Assembly (NCBI GenBank): GCA_001443395.1
Contig: LDXK01000003.1
Span: 1-33,180, forward strand
DNA length: 33,180 nucleotides
Direction of reading: 5' to 3'
Origin: a candidate division WWE3 bacterium CSP1-7
GTDB taxonomy: Bacteria > Patescibacteriota > WWE3 > 9FT-COMBO-53-11
This document shows, piece by piece, positions 1 through 8,925 of this stretch (within the stretch, counting starts at the first letter, position 1; each line of letters opens with the position of its first letter). The notes beneath the pieces are model-generated. The model saw only the letters and a program-made list of their open reading frames with translations. It made no database searches and was not told the DNA's origin. Both the position numbers and the translations under genes were made by a program.

Positions 1-600
1 GGGGCGGAACGAGTAGCGGTTTGCTCCAGCTCGTTTACCGAAACGGACGAGGTGGTGAGCAACGTGGTTTCTTTTGCCTCCTCCGGACCCGCCACGAACG
101 AAGAATCCGTCGGGATTGTTATTTTTGGCAATCCTCCGGTCGTACTTCCCACCGGCTGGCCGGTCGGAAAGGGTTGCATCACCCAAGGACCGGATGGTTC
201 CTACTCCCACGGCGGTACCGAGGCGATCGATATCGGTTCCGTCAGCACCGGAACGGCAGTGCGGGCGACTTTCAATGGGGTGGTGCAAACGGCGTGTTGG
301 GCATCCGGGGACGGATGTGATCCCGACGGTTACGGCAACTACGTGCGCTTGTCATCTCTGAATGGCAACTTCAGTGCCGTCTTTGGCCACTTGGCCACCA
401 CCAGTGTGAAGAGCGGTGACCAGGTCACCGTCGGCCAGCAAGTAGGGACCGTCGACAACACTGGCAACTCTTCCGGCACCCATCTGCACTATGAGTTCCG
501 CAGTTTGCCGATGGCGGAGCCTTATATCCCGCGTGATACGGGTAGCCACGGGAGTATTCGCGGCTGTTCGGATGCCAGTGAGTGCGGTTTGTGTTTTTAA
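1..600 (+). CDS. M23 family metallopeptidase domain protein (5'-truncated by window edge)
   Basis: Frame is open from position 1. Contains GWP, H-x4-AID, GYGNYV, FGHL, GDQVTVGQQVG and GTHLHYE, the M23 Zn-binding HxH signature. Confidence 0.9.
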   Translation, partial: GAERVAVCSSSFTETDEVVSNVVSFASSGPATNEESVGIVIFGNPPVVLPTGWPVGKGCITQGPDGSYSHGGTEAIDIGSVSTGTAVRATFNGVVQTACWASGDGCDPDGYGNYVRLSSLNGNFSAVFGHLATTSVKSGDQVTVGQQVGTVDNTGNSSGTHLHYEFRSLPMAEPYIPRDTGSHGSIRGCSDASECGLCF

Positions 601-602
601 AG

Positions 603-1637
603 ATGAGCTTATCGGACGTTCAAGAATTTATTGCGCGTAATCGCCGCAAACTTTTGGTAGGCCTACTATTGGTGATTATTATTTCTTTGGTTGCGGGATT
701 TATCTGGCGGGAAGCAACAACCTCGGTCCCCGAGGAGGAAAAACTTCCATCCTTCACCCTCGCTCAAGAGCCGGGAAGAGTATTGGGTGTGGTCGATTTT
801 TCCAAGCTCCCCGCGACGGATTTTCCACCCTCCTCCACGGTATACCGGATTGATAAATTGAATCTAACCTTTACTCAAGCGGATGCGGTACAGTGGTCAA
901 AGAACTTCGGATCGCTTTCTCAATCCGGGGAGGTTACTACACCTCTGGGCAAGATTTATGTTTTTGCTAAAAAAGGAGAAGAGTTGACCGTCACCAGCAA
1001 CCCTCGCGCGTTGCACTACACCCGCGAGAGTGGGGGTGGTACGGGGACGTTAGCGGATGGTGCAACTATTATCGGGATGGCTAAAGACTTTTTGGTGGCA
1101 AAAAAACTGCCTAATATCGGCTCGTTCTCCCCAACCGTTAAGTATCTGAGTGCGATTGGCGAGCGCACCGCCGAGACGACCGCTGTGAAGGCCAGCTTCG
1201 CCGAAGTTAACTTTTCCTGGTCGGTAAACGAATTAGATCTCTTGGGAGAGAGTTCTACTGATTCCGCCATCCGCTTGATTTTTGATAGAGCGGGACGAGT
1301 GGTTTACCTAAGCTACCAATTTCTTGATTACTCCTTCTCCGCTGACAAAGATCTTCCTCTTTTGAATTTTGAGCAGGCCAAAGATGCTTTAGGAACGGAA
1401 CCGCAGATCGTTTCAATTCGACCGACAGGGGAAGTCGAAGAATGGACGCTTTCCGAATCTACTAGTCTCGTTGATTTTGCACCTGAGAGCGTGCGGTTGG
1501 TGTACGTGAGGTTGGCCGAGGGCGATCTTCTCTATCCTGTTTACTTGTTCGAGGGTAACGGCAACACCGGCGGGATTGATGTCCGAGCGGCCGCTTATGT
1601 TTTGGCTATACCCGGTCAGTATGCAAAGGAAAATTAG
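603..1637 (+). CDS. Membrane-anchored extracytoplasmic protein (YycI/YcdB/PepSY-like repeats suspected), paralog of 1638..2687
   Basis: ATG at 603 lies 2 nt after the M23 stop. N-terminal basic patch + TM helix; C-terminal LVYV...YPVYLFEG. Aligns by eye with the convergent ORF. Domain assignment is tentative. Confidence 0.8.
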   Translation: MSLSDVQEFIARNRRKLLVGLLLVIIISLVAGFIWREATTSVPEEEKLPSFTLAQEPGRVLGVVDFSKLPATDFPPSSTVYRIDKLNLTFTQADAVQWSKNFGSLSQSGEVTTPLGKIYVFAKKGEELTVTSNPRALHYTRESGGGTGTLADGATIIGMAKDFLVAKKLPNIGSFSPTVKYLSAIGERTAETTAVKASFAEVNFSWSVNELDLLGESSTDSAIRLIFDRAGRVVYLSYQFLDYSFSADKDLPLLNFEQAKDALGTEPQIVSIRPTGEVEEWTLSESTSLVDFAPESVRLVYVRLAEGDLLYPVYLFEGNGNTGGIDVRAAAYVLAIPGQYAKEN

Positions 1638-2687
1638 TTAAGGTTTGATAGCAGAGAGCGCGACGTTTGCATAGACCTCCCCCGCATCAAGTGTTCCCTT
1701 TCCTTCAAAAAGATAAATCGGGATCAGAAATTCCGTTCCTGGGACCTGATAGTAGACGAGACTAATCGTTTGAGGAGTGAACGAAGTCAGATCGTCCGCT
1801 TCAATGAAACGCTCTTTTGCCGCCTCGGTCGGCAGCATAGAGATTACCAGCCCGTTTTCCTTCAGACTTGCCGTGGCTTCCGTGAAGCTTAAGAGGGAGA
1901 TGATTTTAAACTGGGTGAAAGTTTGATCGGTCTCTTTATAGCTCAGAGAGACGACTGTGCCGGTCCGATTGAAGACCACTCTTACCAGGGGTTCGGAGAT
2001 GGTTTTACCCAGAATGTTCTGCCCGACTATTGCCCGGACAAACGATAACTCCAGGGCATTCGCACTTTTGGGATTTTGGGTTTGGGCAACCGCTTCCACA
2101 TCGTAAATCAAGTAGCGGGTATCAAAGAAGACAATGTTGGCGGTGGGGAGGTTTTTGCTTTCCAGATACTCTCTAGCTTTTTGGATTGCGGTGCTCTGGT
2201 TGTAGATCTTTCCGGAAACGTTTTTGGTCTTAGCAACCACATTTTTGAAAGAGTAGCGAATTTCCCGGGGGTAGCTAAACACCGCCATATTTACCTCGTC
2301 CTGCGCGAAAACGAACATCTTTTCTCCATCGGGAAGAAAAACGCGGTTGGTAGGTTCCCGGTCGAAATCGAACCGCTCCGCGATGTCTTGGGCTTGCGGT
2401 TCCGTGATGCTTTCTTTTTGCTCACTAACCTTATAAACCACCGTTTCCTGAGGGAGACTAGTTTCCGCCAGTTTGCCAAGATTCAACTGTCCGGAAATTT
2501 TCCAGGTATCCCCTGCAAAAGAGAAAGTGGGAATCTCCCCCTCATCGTCGGCGGGGCCGGGCTCCTTATTTTTTTGAGAGGACTGCCAGAACAGGAGCAG
2601 TCCTCCGCCAGTAAAAATAATCAGAGTGGCTAAGAGGATCTTTTTTCTGTTCCTTTGCAAAAAATTGCTCAGATCGTTGAGAGTCAT
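1638..2687 (-). CDS. Membrane-anchored extracytoplasmic protein, paralog of 603..1637
   Basis: Start MTLNDLSNFLQRNRKK (2687) matches MSLSDVQEFIARNRRK of the paralog. TM helix; C-terminal LVYY...IPIYLFEG. Confidence 0.8.
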   Translation of the reverse strand: MTLNDLSNFLQRNRKKILLATLIIFTGGGLLLFWQSSQKNKEPGPADDEGEIPTFSFAGDTWKISGQLNLGKLAETSLPQETVVYKVSEQKESITEPQAQDIAERFDFDREPTNRVFLPDGEKMFVFAQDEVNMAVFSYPREIRYSFKNVVAKTKNVSGKIYNQSTAIQKAREYLESKNLPTANIVFFDTRYLIYDVEAVAQTQNPKSANALELSFVRAIVGQNILGKTISEPLVRVVFNRTGTVVSLSYKETDQTFTQFKIISLLSFTEATASLKENGLVISMLPTEAAKERFIEADDLTSFTPQTISLVYYQVPGTEFLIPIYLFEGKGTLDAGEVYANVALSAIKP

Positions 2688-2691
2688 TGAT

Positions 2692-4437
2692 TTACCAACG
2701 AATATTGGGGCAGTTGGGGAAGAGACAGCCGCGGATACCACCACCCCCGTCGTCGGGGATGTAGGGGATCCTCATCTCCAGGGCTCTTAGGCGGAATTCG
2801 TAGTGGAGATGAGTTCCTCCCATTCCGGTATCACCGACCGCTCCGATCACGCTCCCCGGGGAAACCGGTTGACCCCTTCCCACGAAAACTGCCGAGAGGT
2901 GGCCGTAGCGAATTACGGTAGGGACATTGGGGTCGCTGGACTGGAGATCGATATAGTTTCCGTATATTGGGTCGGTTCCGGTCGCCAGGATGTTTCCCTC
3001 GACGGTTGCCAGAACCGCATCCCCCATACTCACGCCGGGGCCGGGACCGATATCAATCGCCTCTACCACTCTGTGAGTGCAGTTGGCACAGGAGGCTTTT
3101 GGACCCTGGAAGATGAAACCGTGATAGGTGGGCCAGCCCAGGAATTTTCCGCTCATCAGCACATCCGCACAGGCTTGTGTTCGGGCGTTGGCAGGGTGGG
3201 CGGTGAGTCCATAGATTATGCAATCTACAGCTTCTCCAACGTTTCCGAGGGAAGCAATTTTTAGAGTGGAGGTAGCGCCGACGGCGCTTTTGAACGTCTC
3301 CCAAAGACCACTCAATCCTCCCGTCTGGGAAAACGACACCCGCGGTTCTTCGCTGTCCTCGGACTTGAAAATTGTCTCCGGTGGCAGGAGGGCAGCAAAA
3401 GCACCGCTGGGTCCCGCCATATTTGCCCAGGCCCCTCCGGCTAGGGAAACTTTTGATTGAATATCCAGATCTCCCGTGGCGGTAAGAACTTCAACTTTAA
3501 TTGGGTTAATGAGTCTGGCGATGCAGCCCAGATCAGTCAAATCGCACTCTTTTATTTCTGCCTTAACGATTTCCTTGGCGCGCCAGATCGCTTTGCGTAA
3601 CCAGGAAACCCCCTCTTTAGGGACAATGGGGCGAGGGCTGTATGTTTCTGCGGGACAACTCACATCGGGTAGTTCGAGTGGTGTATCGGTTGGGAAGGAG
3701 AAGGCCTGCGCCAGAAGCCCGTACCGATCGTAAAGGGGAGCAACCTCGCCGAACTTCCCTTCTAGCTGGTAGTTCTCCTCTCCAACTTGAATTTTTTCTT
3801 CTTGGCCTTCGGTACGAACATCCCAGTAAGGTTTGGTTTGGGTGGGGGCGTGGGTTCCATCGATCTCCAGTTCTCCGCGGTCGGGATGGACACTCACTTG
3901 AATATTGCTTTGATTCTCGACCACCCACCCCTGGGCGAGCTGGCCTTCAGCGTTTGTCAAGGCGATGTTGGGATTCACTTCCTCCCCTTTATCATTTTCC
4001 TGTTTGTAGCCTGGCATAAGAAGTTTGGGGATTGAACCGGTCAACTCTCCCGGTTCGGTGGATTCGGGATCGCCCGAGAGCGTCATTGTTCGGGCCCGGA
4101 TGAGTTCTACGGGCATGTTGGTTGGATTGCTCAAAGCGAGTTGCCCCGCGTTGTTTGTATATGGAAAAGGAAAGTCTACCCCGTAGCACTGGGCTCTGTA
4201 CTTCCCCCGCGTCAAATCTGGAAGAAGTGGCAGACAAACACTTAACTGCCCATATCTCTCTCCAACGACGCTAACGTTTTTCGTCTCCGAGGATAACGAA
4301 GGGGATCCTTCTCTAACAACCGGACAGGTTTGGATCTCTACCGCTGTCGCCGGTTTTACGCTGAGAATTAATCCACTAATCAGGAAAAGCAACGCTAAGA
4401 TGACAGGGGTCGTAGGAAAACGTGTTCTATCCGACAT
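2692..4437 (-). CDS. Secreted protein with C-terminal M23 peptidase domain
   Basis: Signal peptide ending PATA. C-terminal GWP, H-x4-AID, YGNYI, YGHL, GQPVSPGSVIG, GTHLHYEFR. Confidence 0.9.
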   Translation of the reverse strand: MSDRTRFPTTPVILALLFLISGLILSVKPATAVEIQTCPVVREGSPSLSSETKNVSVVGERYGQLSVCLPLLPDLTRGKYRAQCYGVDFPFPYTNNAGQLALSNPTNMPVELIRARTMTLSGDPESTEPGELTGSIPKLLMPGYKQENDKGEEVNPNIALTNAEGQLAQGWVVENQSNIQVSVHPDRGELEIDGTHAPTQTKPYWDVRTEGQEEKIQVGEENYQLEGKFGEVAPLYDRYGLLAQAFSFPTDTPLELPDVSCPAETYSPRPIVPKEGVSWLRKAIWRAKEIVKAEIKECDLTDLGCIARLINPIKVEVLTATGDLDIQSKVSLAGGAWANMAGPSGAFAALLPPETIFKSEDSEEPRVSFSQTGGLSGLWETFKSAVGATSTLKIASLGNVGEAVDCIIYGLTAHPANARTQACADVLMSGKFLGWPTYHGFIFQGPKASCANCTHRVVEAIDIGPGPGVSMGDAVLATVEGNILATGTDPIYGNYIDLQSSDPNVPTVIRYGHLSAVFVGRGQPVSPGSVIGAVGDTGMGGTHLHYEFRLRALEMRIPYIPDDGGGGIRGCLFPNCPNIRW

Positions 4438-4477
4438 TGTTCAGATAAATCTTAACAGAATTGGACGGTCCGGATTG

Positions 4478-4506
4478 TTGACCCCGTCCCTATCTCATGG
4501 TAAACT
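4478..4506 (+). promoter_or_regulatory. Sigma70-type promoter for the zinc-ribbon gene
   Basis: TTGACC - 17 nt - TAAACT with TG extended -10. Confidence 0.55.
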
Positions 4507-4533
4507 ATGGGTTAGTATTAAAAATCGAATAGA

Positions 4534-4559
4534 CCCGCCTACGCCAAGGCTACGGTGGG
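4534..4559. repeat. REP-like imperfect palindrome
   Basis: CCCGCC-TAC-GCC-AA-GGC-TAC-GGTGGG hairpin with an internal mismatch loop, located intergenically. Confidence 0.5.
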
Positions 4560-4581
4560 CAAGGCCAAAAGGAGGCCGGAG

Positions 4582-5541
4582 ATGTCGAAGGAAGGTTTTT
4601 GTCAGCACTGTGGTCACGCTCACCCTTCTTCCAGAGGGGAAGGGGTCGTGAAGTGTTTGCACTGTGGCCTACCCTTGGATTTGACCGATAAGGTCCAGTG
4701 TCCGGGGTGCGGCAATTTGAGCAAGCGCGGAACCCAGTTCTGCGCGGAGTGTGGCAGTGCTCTTTTCAAGATGTGTACCGGTTGCACGAAGCGTGGCCCG
4801 GTCGATGCCACTTTCTGCGCGGAGTGCGGGTCGGCTCTGCTGGACTACCAGACCTACTTGGCTCGTAAGAAGTCCGAGCAGGAAGAGCTGGATCAGCAGA
4901 CTCGCCAAGCGACTTCCCGCCGGGCGTTGGCGTCGGTGTTCATCATCGCCGCGTTGCTTGCCGGGGCCTGGTTCTTCTGCATCTTGCCCCTCATCGGATG
5001 GGTTGGGCAGACCGGTGACGGTTCTGTGATCCGGGCCGTTCAGATGTCGCAGGCCCAAATTCAAGCAACCCAGCAGGCCGAGATCGCCGATCGCACAAGA
5101 GCCTTCGAGGATATCGTTGTCGAACTTGGTCCGATCGTGAGTCGAGAGTATGTGGTGGGTCACGGACCGATTAGCGGTGAAGCGTTAGATCTTTACGTGG
5201 TCGCCGAGATTGTGGTCCGGAATGAAGGGGATGTTCCTCATCGAGCCCTCCTTTCCTACCAGATCACTTCTTACGGCAGCGGAACAGAATACAGGAATGT
5301 GAATCTTCCTGCCCACGGAGAGCTCTCCTTCCCGGTTCGGGTTAGGATCGGTGACAACATCGTCAGCGGCGATATCACTAACCCTTACACCACCAGGAAT
5401 CTCGTGTGGATTTCCGTCGTGGTGGAGGAAGTTGATGATGTTCTGCGTGAATACACCACTTGGAAAGACAGATGGCAGGATTGGGAACTCTCGATTGCCG
5501 ACGACGCTCCACTTAGCGAATATGTCAGGGTGGAGAAGTAA
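4582..5541 (+). CDS. Multi zinc-ribbon (double zinc ribbon-like) membrane protein with extracytoplasmic beta-rich domain
   Basis: AGGAGG RBS upstream of ATG 4582. Six CxxC pairs (CQHC, CLHC, CPGC, CAEC, CTGC, CAEC), a short coiled coil and one TM helix. Confidence 0.8.
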   Translation: MSKEGFCQHCGHAHPSSRGEGVVKCLHCGLPLDLTDKVQCPGCGNLSKRGTQFCAECGSALFKMCTGCTKRGPVDATFCAECGSALLDYQTYLARKKSEQEELDQQTRQATSRRALASVFIIAALLAGAWFFCILPLIGWVGQTGDGSVIRAVQMSQAQIQATQQAEIADRTRAFEDIVVELGPIVSREYVVGHGPISGEALDLYVVAEIVVRNEGDVPHRALLSYQITSYGSGTEYRNVNLPAHGELSFPVRVRIGDNIVSGDITNPYTTRNLVWISVVVEEVDDVLREYTTWKDRWQDWELSIADDAPLSEYVRVEK

Positions 5542-5549
5542 GTTCATGT

Positions 5550-5587
5550 ACCCAGCTTGCGGTCTCCGTGAGCTGGGTTTTTCTTTT
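5550..5587 (+). terminator. Intrinsic terminator
   Basis: ACCCAGCTTGCGG-TCT-CCGTGAGCTGGGT hairpin followed by a T-rich tract, 8 nt after the stop. Confidence 0.8.
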
Positions 5588-5593
5588 GGTTAA

Positions 5594-5899
5594 CTAGGCT
5601 CCGAGGCCGCCGAGGACGGTATTGATGATGAGGATTGCTCCGAAGATAATGATAAGTCCTAGAACCGCGTATGTGATAGTGGATTTGGAGGTGGTGATCG
5701 CTTTCTCGTCTCCTCCGGAGATCATGTATTGAAGTCCTCCGACCACTAACATGATGAAAGAAACCGCTGCCCCTATGCTAAGTAGGTAGTTAATAATATT
5801 AACTAGAACACAGAATATCCCAGAAATCTCGGGTAACCCGGTTGACGGCACACACTGACCCCCGGTATAACTCCCTATGAATCGGTCGATAGGTTGCAT
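5594..5899 (-). CDS. TrbC/VirB2-like pilin (CPR-type T4SS pilin family)
   Basis: Two hydrophobic helices flanking GGLQYMISGGDEKAITTSKSTITYAVLGL. Confidence 0.85.
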   Translation of the reverse strand: MQPIDRFIGSYTGGQCVPSTGLPEISGIFCVLVNIINYLLSIGAAVSFIMLVVGGLQYMISGGDEKAITTSKSTITYAVLGLIIIFGAILIINTVLGGLGA

Positions 5900-5915
5900 C
5901 TAAATAAACCCAGTC

Positions 5916-6254
5916 TTAGATCAGCGGCTTCCCCGTCAAGATATTTCCAATGAAGTTAATTACCAACCAAGCACCGAAGACGATTACTAACCCCACAACT
6001 GCGGAGGTGATGCGCCCTCTGGCCTGCTCAACGGCGATCTTGTCACCGCCGGAGGTCATGTACTGAATTCCGCCCAAGGCCAATAGAATTAGGGCCAACG
6101 CCCCCACGATTCCTAATATTGCGTTGAAGACTAAACCGATGAGTCCGGGAATATCTTCAGCCGCGGTAATTGGATTTTCGATTGCGAAAATCGGTAGAGC
6201 CGAAAATATCAGTGCCGTTGCTGATGCCGCGATTGTTTTTACTGTTTTAAGCAT
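5916..6254 (-). CDS. TrbC/VirB2-like pilin
   Basis: Signal peptide (PIFA) and GGIQYMTSGGDKIAVEQARGRITSAVVGL; GGGGGTGA RBS. Confidence 0.85.
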   Translation of the reverse strand: MLKTVKTIAASATALIFSALPIFAIENPITAAEDIPGLIGLVFNAILGIVGALALILLALGGIQYMTSGGDKIAVEQARGRITSAVVGLVIVFGAWLVINFIGNILTGKPLI

Positions 6255-6270
6255 TAAAATTCACCCCCCC

Positions 6271-7017
6271 TCAGATACCAAATAACTTGATATCAATTCC
6301 TATGATACCTCCAATTGTACGCAAGATTATCGCTGTGAGCAAGATAAAGAGTAAACCTGTGATCGCAGCGGTGATTTGACCCTTGGCTTTTTCCAGGTTT
6401 TCGGGATTTCCGCCGGAAGTGGCGACCCCGAATCCCCCAATTATTATGAACAATACTGTAATCAACATTCCCAAGCCGGTTCCGAAATTAAGGAACCACT
6501 GAGCGAAAAGAGCCGGATCCAAGGGGATGTCACCCAACGGAGTGGAAATTGATCCAGGTACCGTAAGGTCTATCGGTTCTCCGCCGGCGTTTCCCCCTCC
6601 ATCCCCCCCGTCGCCGCTTCCGTCCGAGCTTTTGCAGAGGCCGGTAGGATCGGTGGCTTTCACTCTCTCACATTTGGCCGAAGTTCCTTCATCACAAGTC
6701 TGTCCCCCCGTGCAGTCGGTGTCACTGCTGCAATCGCATCGAGGGGTGCCGCCACTACCTGGGGAATCGGGACAGGTGTAAGTTGTTGCCTGGCAGGTGG
6801 CCGGAGACCCAAGCAGGGGTACATCTTCGCACGGATTAGGAGATGGTGTACAGATAGTGAGATTAGCTCCGCAATTGTAAACACCTGCTCTGTTAATAGT
6901 CGCTACGCAATTGTTAGTTGAAGCATTGGCAGTTTGTGGAGCTACCAGACCAGTTCCAACCAAGGCAAAACCTATAAGGGCTAAGAAAATAAGGGTTATC
7001 CCAAAGAATTTCCTCAT
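6271..7017 (-). CDS. TrbC/VirB2-like pilin with N-terminal Cys-rich extracellular domain
   Basis: Start MRKFFGITLI at 7017; signal peptide (TANA); about 12 Cys; Gly/Asp-rich linker; C-terminal GGFGVATSGGNPENLEKAKGQITAAITGL. Confidence 0.85.
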   Translation of the reverse strand: MRKFFGITLIFLALIGFALVGTGLVAPQTANASTNNCVATINRAGVYNCGANLTICTPSPNPCEDVPLLGSPATCQATTYTCPDSPGSGGTPRCDCSSDTDCTGGQTCDEGTSAKCERVKATDPTGLCKSSDGSGDGGDGGGNAGGEPIDLTVPGSISTPLGDIPLDPALFAQWFLNFGTGLGMLITVLFIIIGGFGVATSGGNPENLEKAKGQITAAITGLLFILLTAIILRTIGGIIGIDIKLFGI

Positions 7018-7105
7018 TACTGACCGTAGTCTAGCAAAATGTAATATTAGACGGCCTATACTATATGTATAGAGACTAGTTTTAGCTCTGCTAAAATAAG
7101 GTAGA

Positions 7106-8902
7106 GTGTTTTTTAAACTGCCCCAGGTGCGCAAGCTTTTAACTTTTGTTTCTCTCCTAATTCTAACGATAGTGGTTATATTCTTGGTGACACCTTCCCG
7201 GGCGGATGAGGATCTGGACGATGTCACCTCCCAGCTCAACAAGCAGCAGAAACAGCTCGCCGATCTGGAGAAACGCCAGCAGCAGCTCTCCCGGGATATC
7301 TCCTCCGCCTCCCTCTCCCTCTTCCAGGTTTCCGCCGAGCTCACCGCCGCCGAAAAAGAGCTATCTGCCATCGAGAAAGACCTCGATGAGAAAGAGGACG
7401 AGCTGGCGGGTTGGGAATCCGACCGGGATGTGCTGGTCCGTGAGCTCTACAAACAAAACCGCGTCTCCTCCATCGAGATAATCTTTTCGGCCGACGACAT
7501 GGAGGGGTCGGCCCACCAGTTCCAGTACTACAACGAGAGTCTCCGCAGCCTGAGCGAGAGGATTGCCCAACTCGCCGGCCAGGTGGCCGTTTTCAAGAGC
7601 AACCGGGCGGCCGCAAAAAAGCTGCGCGACGAGCTGGCGACGCTCCGTTCGCAGTACCAGGCCAGTCTCTATTCCTCCCAAAGCCAACTTTCTTCCACCT
7701 CTTCTCAGCTGTCCTCGGTCAAATCCTCGATTAAAAACCTGACCGCCAAACAAGAGCAGCTGATCTTGGAGAAGTTCGCCGCCTCCGGCGGAAGCGAGAC
7801 GATCGGGGAGAGCGCCCCGTCTTCTAAAAAGCTTCCTCCTTCCCCGTTCTCCCCTTCTTGGATGGTCGGAACCTACGGCTTCCCCCATCGGGTGGGGATG
7901 AATCAATACGGGGCATACGGTCGAGCTATAGCTAATCCTCCTCAGAACTACTCCACGATTCTGAAGGCCTACTACAAAGGTGTGACTGTCGGTAAATACT
8001 CGGTCCCGAGCACCATCAAGGTTTCGGGCTACGGTACCATCTCCTTTGAGAATGATTACTTAAGAGGAATCTCGGAGATGCCTCGGAGCTGGCCGATGGA
8101 GGCGCTCAAGGCCCAGGCGGTAGCGGCCCGGACATACGCCCTCAACTGGATCCGAAGCAACCCCGGAAAATCAATCTGTACCAACCAGAACTGCCAAGTT
8201 TACAACGGTACCAGTGATCGACTTTCCTGTAGCGGCACCTACAACAAGCGATGGTGTGATGCAGTGAACGCAACCCGAGGCGTTGTGATCACCTACGGGG
8301 GTTCGCCGATTGCAGCTTACTATTCCTCCACCGCCGGTGGGTACACGCTTTCTACCCAAGAAGTCTGGGGCGGCTATCGGGCTTGGGCGGTGGGGATCAA
8401 GGATTACGGACCTCAGGGCGCTTACGACGGTCCCAACTATGGTAAATCCCCCTGGTACCACGCCGGCTGGGGTGATCGGTACCGGAGTGGCGGCTACAAC
8501 CCCTGGATGAATACGGAGGAACTAGCGGACATCTTCAACTCATTTCTCTTGTGTGGAGCTAAGAACATCTCTGGGGTTTATGAATTGAAGCCTGACTGCT
8601 CGTATATGCAGTATCTCTCACCGATTGATCGGGGCGGTTGGGCTATGTCCACCGTCCGCAGTAAAGTTTCGGGCGTCGCCCCAGTGACCACGATTTCGAG
8701 GGCGTTTAAAACCTTCACTTCAAACGGGGCCAACACCGCAAACGTTTATGTCGTCGGTGCTCACGGTACCTACGCTTTTTCCGGCCGCCATTTCCGCGAC
8801 ATCTTTACCCTCCGAGCGAAAGGTCTTTGGAGTCCCACCTACCGTTTCGATATCGGCTATTGCTCCAGCTCCGGCTGCACCAACCCCGATTATTTTAGGT
8901 AG
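7106..8902 (+). CDS. SpoIID/LytB-domain cell-wall hydrolase with N-terminal coiled coil
   Basis: Signal/TM, long PcsB-like coiled coil, YLRGISEMPRSWPMEALKAQAVAARTYA, CQVY, YYSSTAGGYT and HRVGMNQYGA motifs. Confidence 0.85.
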   Translation: MFFKLPQVRKLLTFVSLLILTIVVIFLVTPSRADEDLDDVTSQLNKQQKQLADLEKRQQQLSRDISSASLSLFQVSAELTAAEKELSAIEKDLDEKEDELAGWESDRDVLVRELYKQNRVSSIEIIFSADDMEGSAHQFQYYNESLRSLSERIAQLAGQVAVFKSNRAAAKKLRDELATLRSQYQASLYSSQSQLSSTSSQLSSVKSSIKNLTAKQEQLILEKFAASGGSETIGESAPSSKKLPPSPFSPSWMVGTYGFPHRVGMNQYGAYGRAIANPPQNYSTILKAYYKGVTVGKYSVPSTIKVSGYGTISFENDYLRGISEMPRSWPMEALKAQAVAARTYALNWIRSNPGKSICTNQNCQVYNGTSDRLSCSGTYNKRWCDAVNATRGVVITYGGSPIAAYYSSTAGGYTLSTQEVWGGYRAWAVGIKDYGPQGAYDGPNYGKSPWYHAGWGDRYRSGGYNPWMNTEELADIFNSFLLCGAKNISGVYELKPDCSYMQYLSPIDRGGWAMSTVRSKVSGVAPVTTISRAFKTFTSNGANTANVYVVGAHGTYAFSGRHFRDIFTLRAKGLWSPTYRFDIGYCSSSGCTNPDYFR

Positions 8903-8925
8903 CGCAAACTGTTATCATAATCCTG

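Noticed and set aside
4435-4471. Minus-strand GGAC...TAA-GATT...AATG before the M23 start as another copy of the two-hairpin element
   Set aside because: No convincing stem1, G instead of C after TAA, and no duplicated triplet; TAAGAT is more simply a -10 box.
7018-7371. N-terminal extension of the 366-aa pilin ORF; likewise 24886-25242 for the DUF6390-like ORF
   Set aside because: Antisense to real genes; the signal peptide or family motifs begin at 7017 and 24882.
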